The notes under the pieces: model-generated | Told to the model about the DNA's origin: nothing | Seen by the model: only the letters and a program-made list of their open reading frames with translations | Databases searched by the model: none | Shown: in pieces, positions 48,229 through 60,589 of the stretch | Layout of the letters: every line of letters begins with the position of its first letter | Numbering within the stretch: the stretch's first letter is position 1 | Source of the DNA: Octopus sinensis | Taxonomy: Eukaryota | Direction of reading: 5' to 3' | Assembly (NCBI RefSeq): GCF_006345805.1 | Contig: NC_043024.1 | Location: 10,168,001-10,232,000 of the forward strand | Length of the DNA: 64,000 nt | Made by a program: the position numbers and the translations under genes

Positions 48229-48341
48229 GATGAACAAAACAAAATGCCTTCGTTCGCAACATTGCCACTCACCAGGTGGCCGGTCAACATTAACAATTAA
48301 AAAGAGAAAAAGAAAACGTACATGCAATACCGGCACAAGGA

Positions 48342-48860
48342 ATGCTAATTCCCATCGAAACTTCTCTCAAGTGTGAGCATAACGGGCCAGATATTGTTAT
48401 TAGGGACAGATACGAAAAAGTATGTACCGTCATAGAGGTCAGCTGTTCTGCTGATGGGAACATCTCTTTGAAAATCAAAGAGACAGAAGATAACTATGGA
48501 CAACTGCTTCGAAACCTCCAGCTTTTATATCCGGATTACAAATTAAAATTTATACCAACAATAATTGGAACACTTCGTTTTATAAATAAATGCTTAATTG
48601 TCTGTCTGGATAAGCTTGGATTCTCAGAAAAGGAAATCAACCAACTGATTCTCACATCACAAATGCAATCTGTACGCGGAACAGTGAAACTCTGCAAGAC
48701 TTTTCTCAGGTTTAGAATGTAGATAACGAAAGTAATGTCACCTTTTCTCAGAGTTTAAAATGTGACGTTGCTATCAAGATTCTAAAGGGGGAGCTTTCTT
48801 AGAAATCAGGTCCTGCTTCAGACAAAACACTTAAAGGATTCAGGACAAAAGATTAAGGAC
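48342..48860 (+). mobile_element. 3' end of an RLE-type (R4/Dong-like) non-LTR retrotransposon
   Basis: HNGPDIVIRD...CTVIEVSC..D.NI..K..E...Y..L...IPTIIG has the PD-(D/E)xK pattern; the 3' UTR runs into (CATA)n. Confidence 0.75.
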
Positions 48861-49227
48861 ATACATACATACATACATACATACATACATACATACATAC
48901 ACATACATACATACATACATACATACATACAGACAGACAGACAGACAGACGGTGTACCTTATGTACATTATTTACTTCTGCTGTAAAGAGAAGCAACACT
49001 ATATTCCAAGCCAAGGGTTGTAATCTCTCTCCCCTTGTCCCCGATCTCTAATCAAATCTTGAAGGACATCCAATAAAAAGGACATCGAAAGCGATACCCT
49101 TTCTGCTGTTAATTAAGACACCTTCTCCAAACTCTGCATAAATTGGACAGCAATGAAATAAACGAATGGGATATATTTAAACGAAGGATTCTTTCTTTAT
49201 AAATTTATTGAAACAACTTAAACCTAC

Positions 49228-49371
49228 CTGGATTCCAAAGAAGATGCATAAATACCACGGCGGAACATCATTGATTCCGTAAAGAATATCAAAGTGGTTA
49301 TTCGTTTTCACTTTTTCTTGTTCTTTTTGTTTTTTTTGTTCCACCGTGTCTTTACAATCGGTCGAATAACC
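49228..49371 (-). CDS. SLC23-like: SLC23-like, first identified coding exon (start codon lies further upstream)
   Basis: aattag|[48 protein letters not shown]|gtaggt. Confidence 0.93.
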
Positions 49372-49444
49372 CTAATTTAAAAAAAACAAACAAACAAACA
49401 AACAAAAACAAATGTTAAATATGCAAATTACAAGAAACACCGTC

Positions 49445-50013
49445 ATTGTATGTATGTATGATGTATGTGTGGTCTGTGGTGTATGTATGTATGTATGTAT
49501 GTATGTATGTATGTATGTATGTATTATGTATGTATGTATGTACGTAATGTATGGCTATGTATGTATGTATGTATGTATTGTATGTATGTATGTATGTTAT
49601 GTATGTATGTCTGTATTGTATGTATGGATGTATGTATGTATCGTATGTGTACTGTATGTATGTATGTATGTTATGTATGTATGTGGTATGTATGGTGTAT
49701 GTATGTATGTAAATGTGATGTGTATTATATGTGTGTGTTTGTATGTATGTCTGTATGTATGTATTATGTATGTGTATGTATGGTATTATGTATGTATGTA
49801 TGTATGTTGTATGTATGTATGTATGTATGTATGTATGTATGTATGTATGTATGTATGTATGTATGTGTATGTATGGTATGTATGTATGTATGTAGTATGT
49901 ATGTATGTTGTATGTATGGATGTATGTATGTATGTATGTATGTGTCTGTATGTATGTTGATGTTATGTATGTATGTAGGTAGTATGTATGTATGTATTGT
50001 AGTTGTATGTATG

Positions 50014-50045
<32 letters not shown>

Positions 50046-50260
50046 TGTATGTATATGTATGTATGTATGTAGGTACGTATGTAATGGTATTATGTATGTA
50101 TGTATGTATGTATGTATGTGATGTACGTATGTATGAATGTATGTATGTAATGTATGTATGTAGTATGTATGTAATGTATGTAGGTATGTATGTATGTTGA
50201 ATGTATGTATGTATGTATGTATGTATGTATTTGTATGAATGTATGTATGTATGTATTATG

Positions 50261-50291
<31 letters not shown>

Positions 50292-50562
50292 TGATGTATT
50301 ATGTATATGTATGTATGTATGTATGTAGTATGTATGTATGTATGTATGTCTCATGTATGTATCTATGTATGTATGTGTATGTATGTATGTATGGTATGTA
50401 TGTATGTATGTATTTGTTATGTATGAATGGTAATGTATGTATGTATGTATGTATGATGTGATGTATGTGGTGTATGTATGTATGTATAATGTATGAATGT
50501 ATGTATGTATGTATGTATGTATGTATGTATGTATGTATGTATGTATGTATGTATGTATTATG

Positions 50563-50593
<31 letters not shown>

Positions 50594-50826
50594 TGTATGT
50601 ATGTATGTATGGTATGTATGTAAATGTATGTATGTATGTATGGATGTATGTTGTATGTATGTATGTATATGTATGTATGGCATGTATGTATGTATGAATG
50701 TATGTATTGTATGTATGTATGTATGTATGTATTGTATGGTATGTATGTATGAATGTATGTATGTATGTATGTATGTATGTATGTATTATGTATGTTGTAT
50801 GTATGTTGTATGAATTTGTATGTATG

Positions 50827-50857
<31 letters not shown>

Positions 50858-53800
50858 TGTATGTATGTATGTATGTAGTATGTATGTATGTATGGTATGG
50901 ATGTATGTATGTATGAATGTATGTATGTTGTATGTATGTATGGTGTGTATGTATGTATGTATGTATTATGTATGTTGTATGTAGTATGTTATGTGTGTAT
51001 GTATGTATGTGTGATTGTGTGTATGTATGTATGTATGTAGTATGGTATGTATGTGTGTATGTGTGTATGTGTGTATGTATGTATGTATGTATGTATGTAT
51101 GTATGTAGTAGTGTATGTATGTATGTGTGTATGTATGTATGTGCTGTATGTGTGTATGTAGTATGTATGTATGTATGTTAGTTATGTGTGTATGTATGTA
51201 TGTGTGTATGTGTGTATGTATGTATATGTAGGTATGTATGTGTGTATGTATGTTAATGTATGTATGCATGTATGTCTGTATGTATGTATGTATGTATGTA
51301 TGTATGTATGTATGTCTGAATGTAGTATGTATGTATGTATGTATGTAATGTTGTAGTATGTATGTATGTATGAATGTAATGTATGTATGTTATGTATGTA
51401 TGTATGTATGTATGTATGTATTAGTATGTCTGTATGTGTGTATGTATGTATGTGTGTATGTTTGTATGTATGTATGTATGTATTATGTATGGATGTATGT
51501 ATGTATGTATGTATGTGTGTTATGTGTGTATGTATGTATGTATGTATGTATGTATGTATGTATGATGTATGTATGAATGTATGTATGTATGTATGTATGA
51601 ATGTATGTATGTATGTATGTATGTATGAATGTAGTATGAATGTAGGGTATGTTTATGTATGTATGTATGTATGTAGGTATGTATGTATGTAGTATGTATT
51701 GTGTATGTATGTATGGTGTGTGTTGTGGTATGTATGTATGTATGTATTATGTATGTATGTATGTGTATGTATGTATGTATGTTATGTGTTATGTTGTATG
51801 TATGTATGTATGTATGTATGTGTATGTATGTATGTATGTTATGTATGTATGTATGTGGGTCTGTGTTTATGTATGTATGTATGTATTATGTATGTATGTA
51901 TGTATGTGTGTATGTGTGTAGTGTATGTATGTATGTATGTATGTATTATGTATGTAGTATGTGTGTATGTGTGTATGTATGTATGTATGTATGTATGTAT
52001 GTATGTATTATGTATGTATGTATTGTGTATGTATGTATGTATGTATGTATGTATGTATGTATTATGTAGTATTATTATGTATGTATGTGTGTAGTGTATG
52101 TATGTTGTATGTATGTATGTATGTATGTATGTATGTTGTAGTATGTATGTATGTTGTATGTATGTATGTATGTATGTATGTATGTATGTGTGTATGTGTT
52201 ATGTATGTATGTATATGTATGTATGTATGTATGTATGTAGTATGTATATATGTACTATGTATGTATGTATGTGTGTCTGTGTATGTATGTAATGTATGTA
52301 TGTATGTATGTATGTATGTATGTGTGGTGTGTGGTATGTATGTATGTGTATATGTATGTATGGTATGTATGTATGTATGTGTGTCTGTATGTATGTATGT
52401 ATGTATGTCTGTATGTGTGTCTGTGTGTATGTATGTATGTGTGTTGTATGTATGTATGTATGTATGTGTATGTATGTATGTATGTATGTGTGTATGTGTG
52501 TATGTAGGTATGTAATTATTATGTATTATGTAATGTATTATGTATGTATGTATGTATGTGTGTATGTGTGTATGTATGTATGTATGTATGTATGTATGTA
52601 TGTATGTATGTATGTATGTATGTATGTATGTATGTATGTGGGTCTGTTGTATGTATGTATGTATGTATGTATTATGTATGTATGTATGCATGTATGTATG
52701 TGTGTCTGTGTGTATGTATGTATGTATGTATGTATTATGTATGTATGTATGTATGTATGTATGTGTGTCTGTGTGTATGTATGTATGTATGTATGTATTA
52801 TGTATGTATGTATGTATGTATGTATGTATGTGTTGTGTGTGTGTATGTATGTGTATGTATGTATGTATGTATGTATGTATGATGTGTGTCTGTGTGTATG
52901 TATTTATGTATGTATGTATGTATGTAGTATGTATGTATGTATGTGTGTCTGTGTATGTATGTAATGTATGTATGTATTGTATGTATGTATGTATGTATGT
53001 ATGTGTGTCTGTGTATGTATGTATGTATGTATGTATGGATGTATGTGTGTCTGTGTATGTATGTATGTATGTATGTATGTATGTATGTATGTATGTATGT
53101 ATGTGGTGTCTGTGTATGTATGTATGTATGTATGTATGTATATGTATGTATGTGTGTATGTATGTATGTGTGTATGTATGTTGTATGTATGTATGTATGT
53201 ATGTATGTATGTAGTGTATGTATGTGTGTTGTGTGTGTATGTATGTATGTAGTATGTAAGTATGTATGTATGTATGTATGTATGTGGTGTCGTGTTATGT
53301 ATGTTGTATGTATGTATGGTATGTATGTATGTATGTATGTATGTATGTATGTATGTATGTGTGTCTGTGTATGTATGTATGTATGTATGTATGTATGTAT
53401 GTATGTGTGTCTGTGTATGTATGTATGTATGTATGTATGTATGTATGTATGTATGTAGTATGTATGTATGTATGTGTGTCCTGTATGTATGTATGTATGT
53501 ATGGTATGTATGTATGTATGTATGTGTGTATGTATGTATGTGTGTATGTATGTATGTATGTATGTATGTATGTATGTATGTTGTGTGTGTGTATGTATGT
53601 ATGTATGTATGTATGTATGTATGTATGTATGTATGTATGTATGTATGTATGTGTGTCTGTGTGTATGTATGTATGTATGTATGTATGTATGTATGTATGT
53701 GTGTCTGTGTATGTATGTATGTATGTATGTATGTATGTATGTATGTATGTGTGTCTGTGTATGTAATGTCTGTATGTATGTATGTATGTATGTTGTGTTT

Positions 53801-54121
53801 CTTTTATGTGTATGTATGTTATGTATGTATGTATGTATGTATGTATGTATTGGTTTCTGTGTATGTATGTATGTATGTGTATGTAATGTATGTATGTATG
53901 TATGATGTATGTATGTGTGTGTGTGTGTATGTATGTATGTGTGTATGTATGTATGTATGTATGTATGTATGTATGTATGTATGTATGTGTGTCTGTGTGT
54001 GTGTATGTATGTATGTATGTATGTATGTATGTATGTATGTGTGTCTGTGTATGTATGTATGTATGTATGTATGTATGTATGTATGTATGTATATATGTAT
54101 GTATGTGTGTATGTATGTATG

Positions 54122-54160
<39 letters not shown>

Positions 54161-54170
54161 TAAATAAGAA
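49445..54170. repeat. ~4.7-kb degenerate (TATG)n tetranucleotide tract
   Basis: Direct reading. Confidence 0.98.
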
Positions 54171-54206
54171 ATAATATTATCTATATATAATATTATATAT
54201 ATATGA

Positions 54207-54243
<37 letters not shown>

Positions 54244-54333
54244 GGGAAAATTTACGAAATAAACAAAAGACAAAGGCAGGGGGAGTACAAACAAACAGAT
54301 TGTATTAGTATAAAACGGTCAGGAGGTTAAAAA

Positions 54334-54375
54334 GTATTTTACGTTTCGAGCCTACGCTCTCTTCTGCAGAAAGGG
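54334..54375 (-). ncRNA. Degenerate minimal hammerhead-like motif (same family as 35430), A6C
   Basis: CTTT-CTGCAGA-AGA-GAGC GTAG GCTC-GAAAC-GTA|AAAT. Confidence 0.35.
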
Positions 54376-54457
54376 ACACAGAAAAAACAAGGAGAGAATA
54401 AAATGTCTGTAGTGGCAACGATCTATCATGGCGTATATATAATAATATTATATATAC

Positions 54458-54489
<32 letters not shown>

Positions 54490-54749
54490 GATATATATAT
54501 ATATATATTATATATATATAATATATATATATTATATATATATATATACAAGATAAGAAATAGAGAAATACATCTAAATCAAATATCAATACCAGATAAT
54601 ACTCAATCACATACTTTATTAAACACCACATAAGAGACTGTAGGGTTAAATATAAAAAGCAGAACAAATCAGTGTACATATGTTATCCCATAAGGGTTGC
54701 ACTTACACCCCTATCTCAATTGTATATTATATATATATATATATATATC

Positions 54750-54795
<46 letters not shown>

Positions 54796-54826
54796 TATAT
54801 ATATAATATAAATATATATATATATA

Positions 54827-54858
<32 letters not shown>

Positions 54859-55429
54859 ATATATTTATATACACATATATATGCATATGTAGGTACAGGA
54901 CGGTCACCAATGGTGCAAATAACATGAAATACGTAAACACGAAAGAAAATGGAAAGCAGGACAAGTAAACACAAAGAAAGAACCTTCCATCAGTTGTCGA
55001 CAGTCCATCTACTCCTCACTTCGAGCATTATGTATGTACGTATGTATGTATGTATGCGTGTATGTATGCATGTATGTATGTATGTATGTATGCATGTATG
55101 TATGAATGTATGTATGTATTTATGTATGTGTGTATGTATGTACATATTATGTTTGCATGTATGTATGTATTTATGTATGTATGTATGTATGTATGTATGT
55201 ATGTATGTATGTATGCATGTATGTATGTACGTATGTATGTATGTATGTATGTATGTATGTATGTATGTATGTATGCATGCATGTATGTATGTATGTATGT
55301 ATGTATGTACGTATGTATGTATGTATGTATGTATGTATGTACGTATGTATGTATGTATGTATGTATGTATGTATGTATGTATGTATGTATGTATATGCAT
55401 GCTTGAGCAGCATTCCTTGTCTGATAACC

Positions 55430-55900
55430 TTAGACACATGTCATTTAAAAGAAGTTGCACGTTTCTACCGCAACGTATCATCAGACGAAAGTGTAGTTCA
55501 GCTGAAGACCCTGCATGGATATGTCAGCACAAAGCTCCGAGATGGTAATAACATTGATAACCAAAGCAGCCTATCGTAGATCAACAACCGGATTACCGAC
55601 TCCCAATTTGAAGAATATGCATTAACAGGAAATATCAACGACATACTTGATGGATAGAAAGAACTGAGAAGCAGCCAAATTGCCAAAATATGATAACCGA
55701 TGCAGACTTTGTGGAGTTATGACCGAAGCCATCACCCACGTCATAAGCAGTTATCTGAAAATGTCATAGCTGTGTTATCTACCGATACGACATGTTGTAG
55801 CTAGGACACTGTAGAATGAGATCCATCAGATGGATAACCCTGAGGCCAAAGAAATATGTATCCATTCTGTAGTAGAGGCCATAGCCACTCATAATAAGGA
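55430..55900 (+). mobile_element. Degenerate R4/Dong-like LINE, post-RT CCHC region
   Basis: KTLHGY...DNRCRLCGVMTEAITHVISS...RHVVARTL; contains stops. Confidence 0.7.
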
Positions 55901-55902
55901 GT

Positions 55903-56002
55903 NNNNNNNNNNNNNNNNNNNNNNNNNNNNNNNNNNNNNNNNNNNNNNNNNNNNNNNNNNNNNNNNNNNNNNNNNNNNNNNNNNNNNNNNNNNNNNNNNN
56001 NN
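55903..56002. other. Assembly gap (100 N)
   Basis: Direct reading. Confidence 1.
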
Positions 56003-56108
56003 CCAGACACCATTAACCGCTACTACAGAAACTATGACAAATGCTTATAGTATATTACTCTACTGCCACCTCTACCACAGAAGCTACTATATCTATGTTA
56101 CTACAGTA

Positions 56109-56890
56109 GGGATCTTTTCGGTTTGAACGGCAGTTTTTTCTAGCGGTGTCATATGAAATTGTCACCCATAATTATGACCCTAGTATCGATCTATTGCATT
56201 TCAATCTGTTTTAGGGTTAGGGGTTTTGGGAAGGGTATTTTTTTCTTCACAAATGTAAATAAACCCAATCTGTTTCTTGAACGAGGGATAAATTCATACA
56301 GCACGGAATGTTTTTTACCTCAATAGACGTCAGTGACTGGTTGAAATTGCAGAAATTGAAGAAAAAACAACAACAAATAGGCACAGGAGTGGCTGTGTGG
56401 TAAGTAGCTTGCTAACCAACCACATGGTTCCGGGTTCAGTCCCACTGCGTGGCATCTTGGGCAAGTGTCTTCTGCTATAGCCCCGGGCCGACCAAAGCCT
56501 TGTGAGTGAATTTGGTAGACGGAAACTGAAAGAAGCCTGTCGTATATATGTATATATGTGTATGTGTATGTGTATGTGTATGTGTGTGTGTGTGTTTGTG
56601 TGTCTGTGTTTGTGCCCCTTGCTTGACAACCGATGCTGGTGTGCTTACGTCCCCGTCGCTTAGCGGTTCGGCAAAAGAGACCGATAGAATAAGTACTGGG
56701 CTTACAAAAGAATAAGTCCCAGGGTCGAGTTGCTCGACTAAAGGCGTTGCTCCAGCATGGCCGCAGTCAAATAACTGAAACAAGTAAAAGAGTAAAAGAG
56801 TAAACCCATTCTACCAGTATACGAAGTTTAAAAGTGTTTAGTTACCTGGAAATTATCTTAAAAAACTGCCGGTCAAACCGAAAAGATCCC
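56109..56890. mobile_element. Non-autonomous DNA transposon containing a nested SINE family B (56385-56783)
   Basis: TIRs (G)GGATCTTTTCGGTTTGAACGGCAGTTTTTT; flanking duplication TACAGTA/CTACAGTAG (7-9 bp depending on register). Confidence 0.8.
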
Positions 56891-57079
56891 TACAGTAGCA
56901 ACCACTATGCATACTACGACACAAGCTATCACTATCACTACTACACTAGCTACAACAACTACGACCACACTGGCTACTATGACATTACTACAGCAGCTAC
57001 CACCATCACTATTCCCCTTGCTACCTCTACTACTGTAGCCGTTACCTCCTCCTAACACTCACCATAACCTACTACTATC

Positions 57080-59490
57080 GATGTCTAACTACTGCCACCA
57101 CACACTACTATTGCCTTTACTACTATTCCTACTTCCACTCCCCCTACTATTCATTGTTTACTCCCACCACCACCACCACTACCATCATCACCGATTCCAC
57201 CACCACCATCACCACTATCATCAACATCACCATCGCCTTTATACGACCTCCTACAACCGCTACCACTATTGTTACCTCCTACTTATTGGTCCGCTGCAGA
57301 CGACATCTACCACTATTGCTTTCCCTACTCCTACCACTACCACCGCCACTATTATAATTCCCTCTACTCCCACCACTACCTTCTTTCATGCCTCTATTAC
57401 TCCCACTACCATGGTTGTCACCACTACTATGACTATAGAGACGACGGCTTCTACTGCCACCACCACCACCACCACCACCACATGCGGTTACTACTCCGTC
57501 ACTCCCACTACGTTTACCACCGTCACCACCACCTTCATGACAACTGCGGCTATTAGTAAATCTACTACTACCACCACCACCACCATCATGACGACTACCT
57601 CTATTCCTTTTGGCTCCCACTACCACTAGAGGCCACAACCAGCGAAACGCTATCAGCACTGCCACCGCCACCACCTTTTGTTACTACTACTGCAGCCACT
57701 ACTATCACCACCACTCAAACGAGCACACGCTTTTGAGAGAGAGAGGGAGAGAGAGATGGATAGATAAGAACGAAGAAAGGGGGGAGAGATTAGAGAGAAA
57801 GATAGAGAGCGAAAGAGAATCAGAAAGAGAGACAGGAGAGACGGAAACAGAGAGACAGAAAGCGAAGAGGGAAGGAGAGGGAGAGAGAAATGTAGATCGA
57901 TGAATAGACGAAGAAAGAGTGTGGGAAAGAGAGCGAAAGAAAGAAAGAAAGAAAGCAAGGAAAGAAAGAAGGAAGGAAGAAAGAAAGGAAGGAAGGAAGA
58001 AAGAAAGAAAGGAAGAAAGGAAGGAAGTAAGGAAGAAAGAAAGGAAGAAAGAAATAAAGCAGAAGAGAGGGAAGGAGAGGGAGAGAGAAATGTAGATCGA
58101 TGAATAGACGAAGAAAGAGTGTGGGAAAGAGAGCGAAAGAAAGAAAGAAGAAAGAAAGAAAGTAAGAGAGAAAGAAAGGAAGAAGGAAGGAAGAAAGGAA
58201 GGAAGGAAGGAAGGAAGAACGAAAGAAAGAAAAAAGAAAGAAAGTAAGAGAGAAAGAAAGGAAGAAAGGAAGGAAGAAGGAAAGAAAGGAAGGAAAGAAG
58301 GAAGGAAGGAAGGAAGAAAGACAGAAAGAAAGGAAAGAAAGAAAGGACAGAATGAGTGAGGCGAAGAAAGGAAAGGAGTGAAAGGGATAAAGAAAGAGGA
58401 AGAAGGTAGAATCGACGAAAGAAAGAGAGAGAGAGAAGGAGAAGAATGAAGATAGAGAAAGTGGGAGAAAGAGGAGAAGAAAGAGAGAAAGGGATAGAGT
58501 GAGTGAGAGGGGGGAGAAAGAAGGAGAGAGTGAATGAGGAGAAAAAAACACATCGTAATTAAACGTGCAAACAATAGGGTTCGTTACAGAGGTTGAGTAT
58601 CTGATGTCGCTGAGACATCGAATGTGGGCGACGAGAGATGTATTATATTAGCCGAGTGTGTTGTGTGTGTGTGAGGGCACGTGTGCGTATGTGTGTGTGT
58701 GGGTACGTGTGTGTGTGTGTGAACGTGTGCATGTGTGTGTGTGTGGGGGGGGCACGTGTACATGTGTGTATGTGTGTGCGAACACGTGTGTGAACGTGTA
58801 TGTGTGTGAACGTGTGAGTGTGTGTGGGGGCACGTGTGCATGTGTGTGTAAACGTGTGTGTATGTGGGCATGTGGGCATGTGAGTGTGAACGTGTGTGTA
58901 TGTGTGTGTGAACGTGTGTATATTTGTGCATATGTGTGTGAACGCGTGTGTATGTGTGTGTGAACGTGTGTGCATGTGTGTGTGAACGTGTGTGTATGTG
59001 TAAACGTGTGTGTGTGTGAACGTGTGTGAATGTGTGTGTGAATGTGTGTGTGAACGTGTGTGAACGTGTGTGAACGTGTGTGAACGTGTGTGAACGTGTG
59101 TTTGTGTGAACGTGTGTGTGTGTGTGTGAACGTATGTGGGCGTGAACGTGTGTGTGTGAACGTGTGTGAACGTGTGTGTGTGTTTGACAGTTTCAGCCAA
59201 GACTGATTGATGAGATGCACAGACTGACAGACCGACAGCCTGTCAGCCAGCTAGGCAGGCAGACAGGCAGTCAGGCAGTCAGGCAGGTAGGGTGGTAGGG
59301 TGGTAGGTAGCTGGGTCGGATAAGACTGGCAGATTGACAGAACCGGCTGGCTGGCTGGCTGGCTGGCTGGTTTGCTGGTAGACAAGCTGGAAGGTTGGAT
59401 AACTGAATGGATGGATGGATTGATGGACGGATGGACGGGTGGATGGACGGGTGGATGGACTGCGGGGTGATGAGGGGGGCTAGTTGGCTG
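57080..59490. repeat. Compound low-complexity block: (ACT/ACC)n, (GAAA/GGAA)n, (GT/GTGAAC)n, (GGCA/GGAT)n
   Basis: Direct reading. Confidence 0.9.
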
Positions 59491-60009
59491 GTTCGGTCGT
59501 TGAGGCATTGAGACAGAAAGGATTTGACAAGTATATATTTTTCTTATTCTTTTACACGTTTCAGTGATTTGACTGCGGCCTTGCTGGAGCACCGCCTTTA
59601 AGGGTTTTTCGTCAAAGAAATCGACCCCCAGGACTTATTCTTTGCAAGCCTTACCGAACCGTTAAGTCACAGGGCCGTAAACACACCAACATCGGTTGTT
59701 AAGTGACTGAACCCGGAACCATGTGGTTCGTAAGCAAGCTACTTAACACAGCCACTCCTACGCCTATACATACATACACATTTCTTTACTACCCACAAGG
59801 GGCTAAACACAGAGGGGACAAACAAGGACAGACAAAGGGATTAGTCGATTATATCGTCCCCAGTGCGTAACTGGTACTTAATTTATCAACCCCGAAAGGA
59901 CGAAAGGCAAAGTTGACCTCGGCGGAATTTGAACTCACAACGCAACGGCAGAGGAAATACGACTACGCATTTCGCCCGGCGTGCTAACGTTTCTGCCAGC
60001 TCGCCGCCT

Positions 60010-60482
60010 TACATACACACATACACACATACATACATACATACATACATACATACATACATACATACATACATACATACATACATACATACATGCATGC
60101 ATACATACATACATACATACATACATACATACATACATACATACATACACACACATACATACATACATACACACATGCATACATACATACATACATACAC
60201 ACATACATACATACATACACACATACATACATACATACATACATACATACATACATACATACATACATACACACACATACATACATACATACATACATAC
60301 ATACACACACATACATACATACATATATAGACATACATACATACATATATACATACATACATACGTACATACATACATACACACATACACATATACATAC
60401 ATACAAACACATACATACGTACGTACATGCATACATACATACATACATACATACATACATACATACATACATACATACATAC
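60010..60482. repeat. (CATA)n microsatellite
   Basis: Direct reading. Confidence 0.97.
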
Positions 60483-60589
60483 ACTTCTGTAGATTGCAAT
60501 ATGAAAGGCGATGCCATCAAGGTAGTAAATGCTCCTCGGCAAGGAGACCTGGAATCATTCTGGCAGCTTGATTAAACGAACTATGAATC

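Noticed and set aside
49412-55579. Dozens of long MYVC/HTYI ORFs
   Set aside because: Artefacts of stop-free (TATG)n/(CATA)n microsatellite frames
57081-58574. Mucin-like Thr-rich and Phe/Leu/Ser-rich ORFs
   Set aside because: Low-complexity DNA with no splice or domain support
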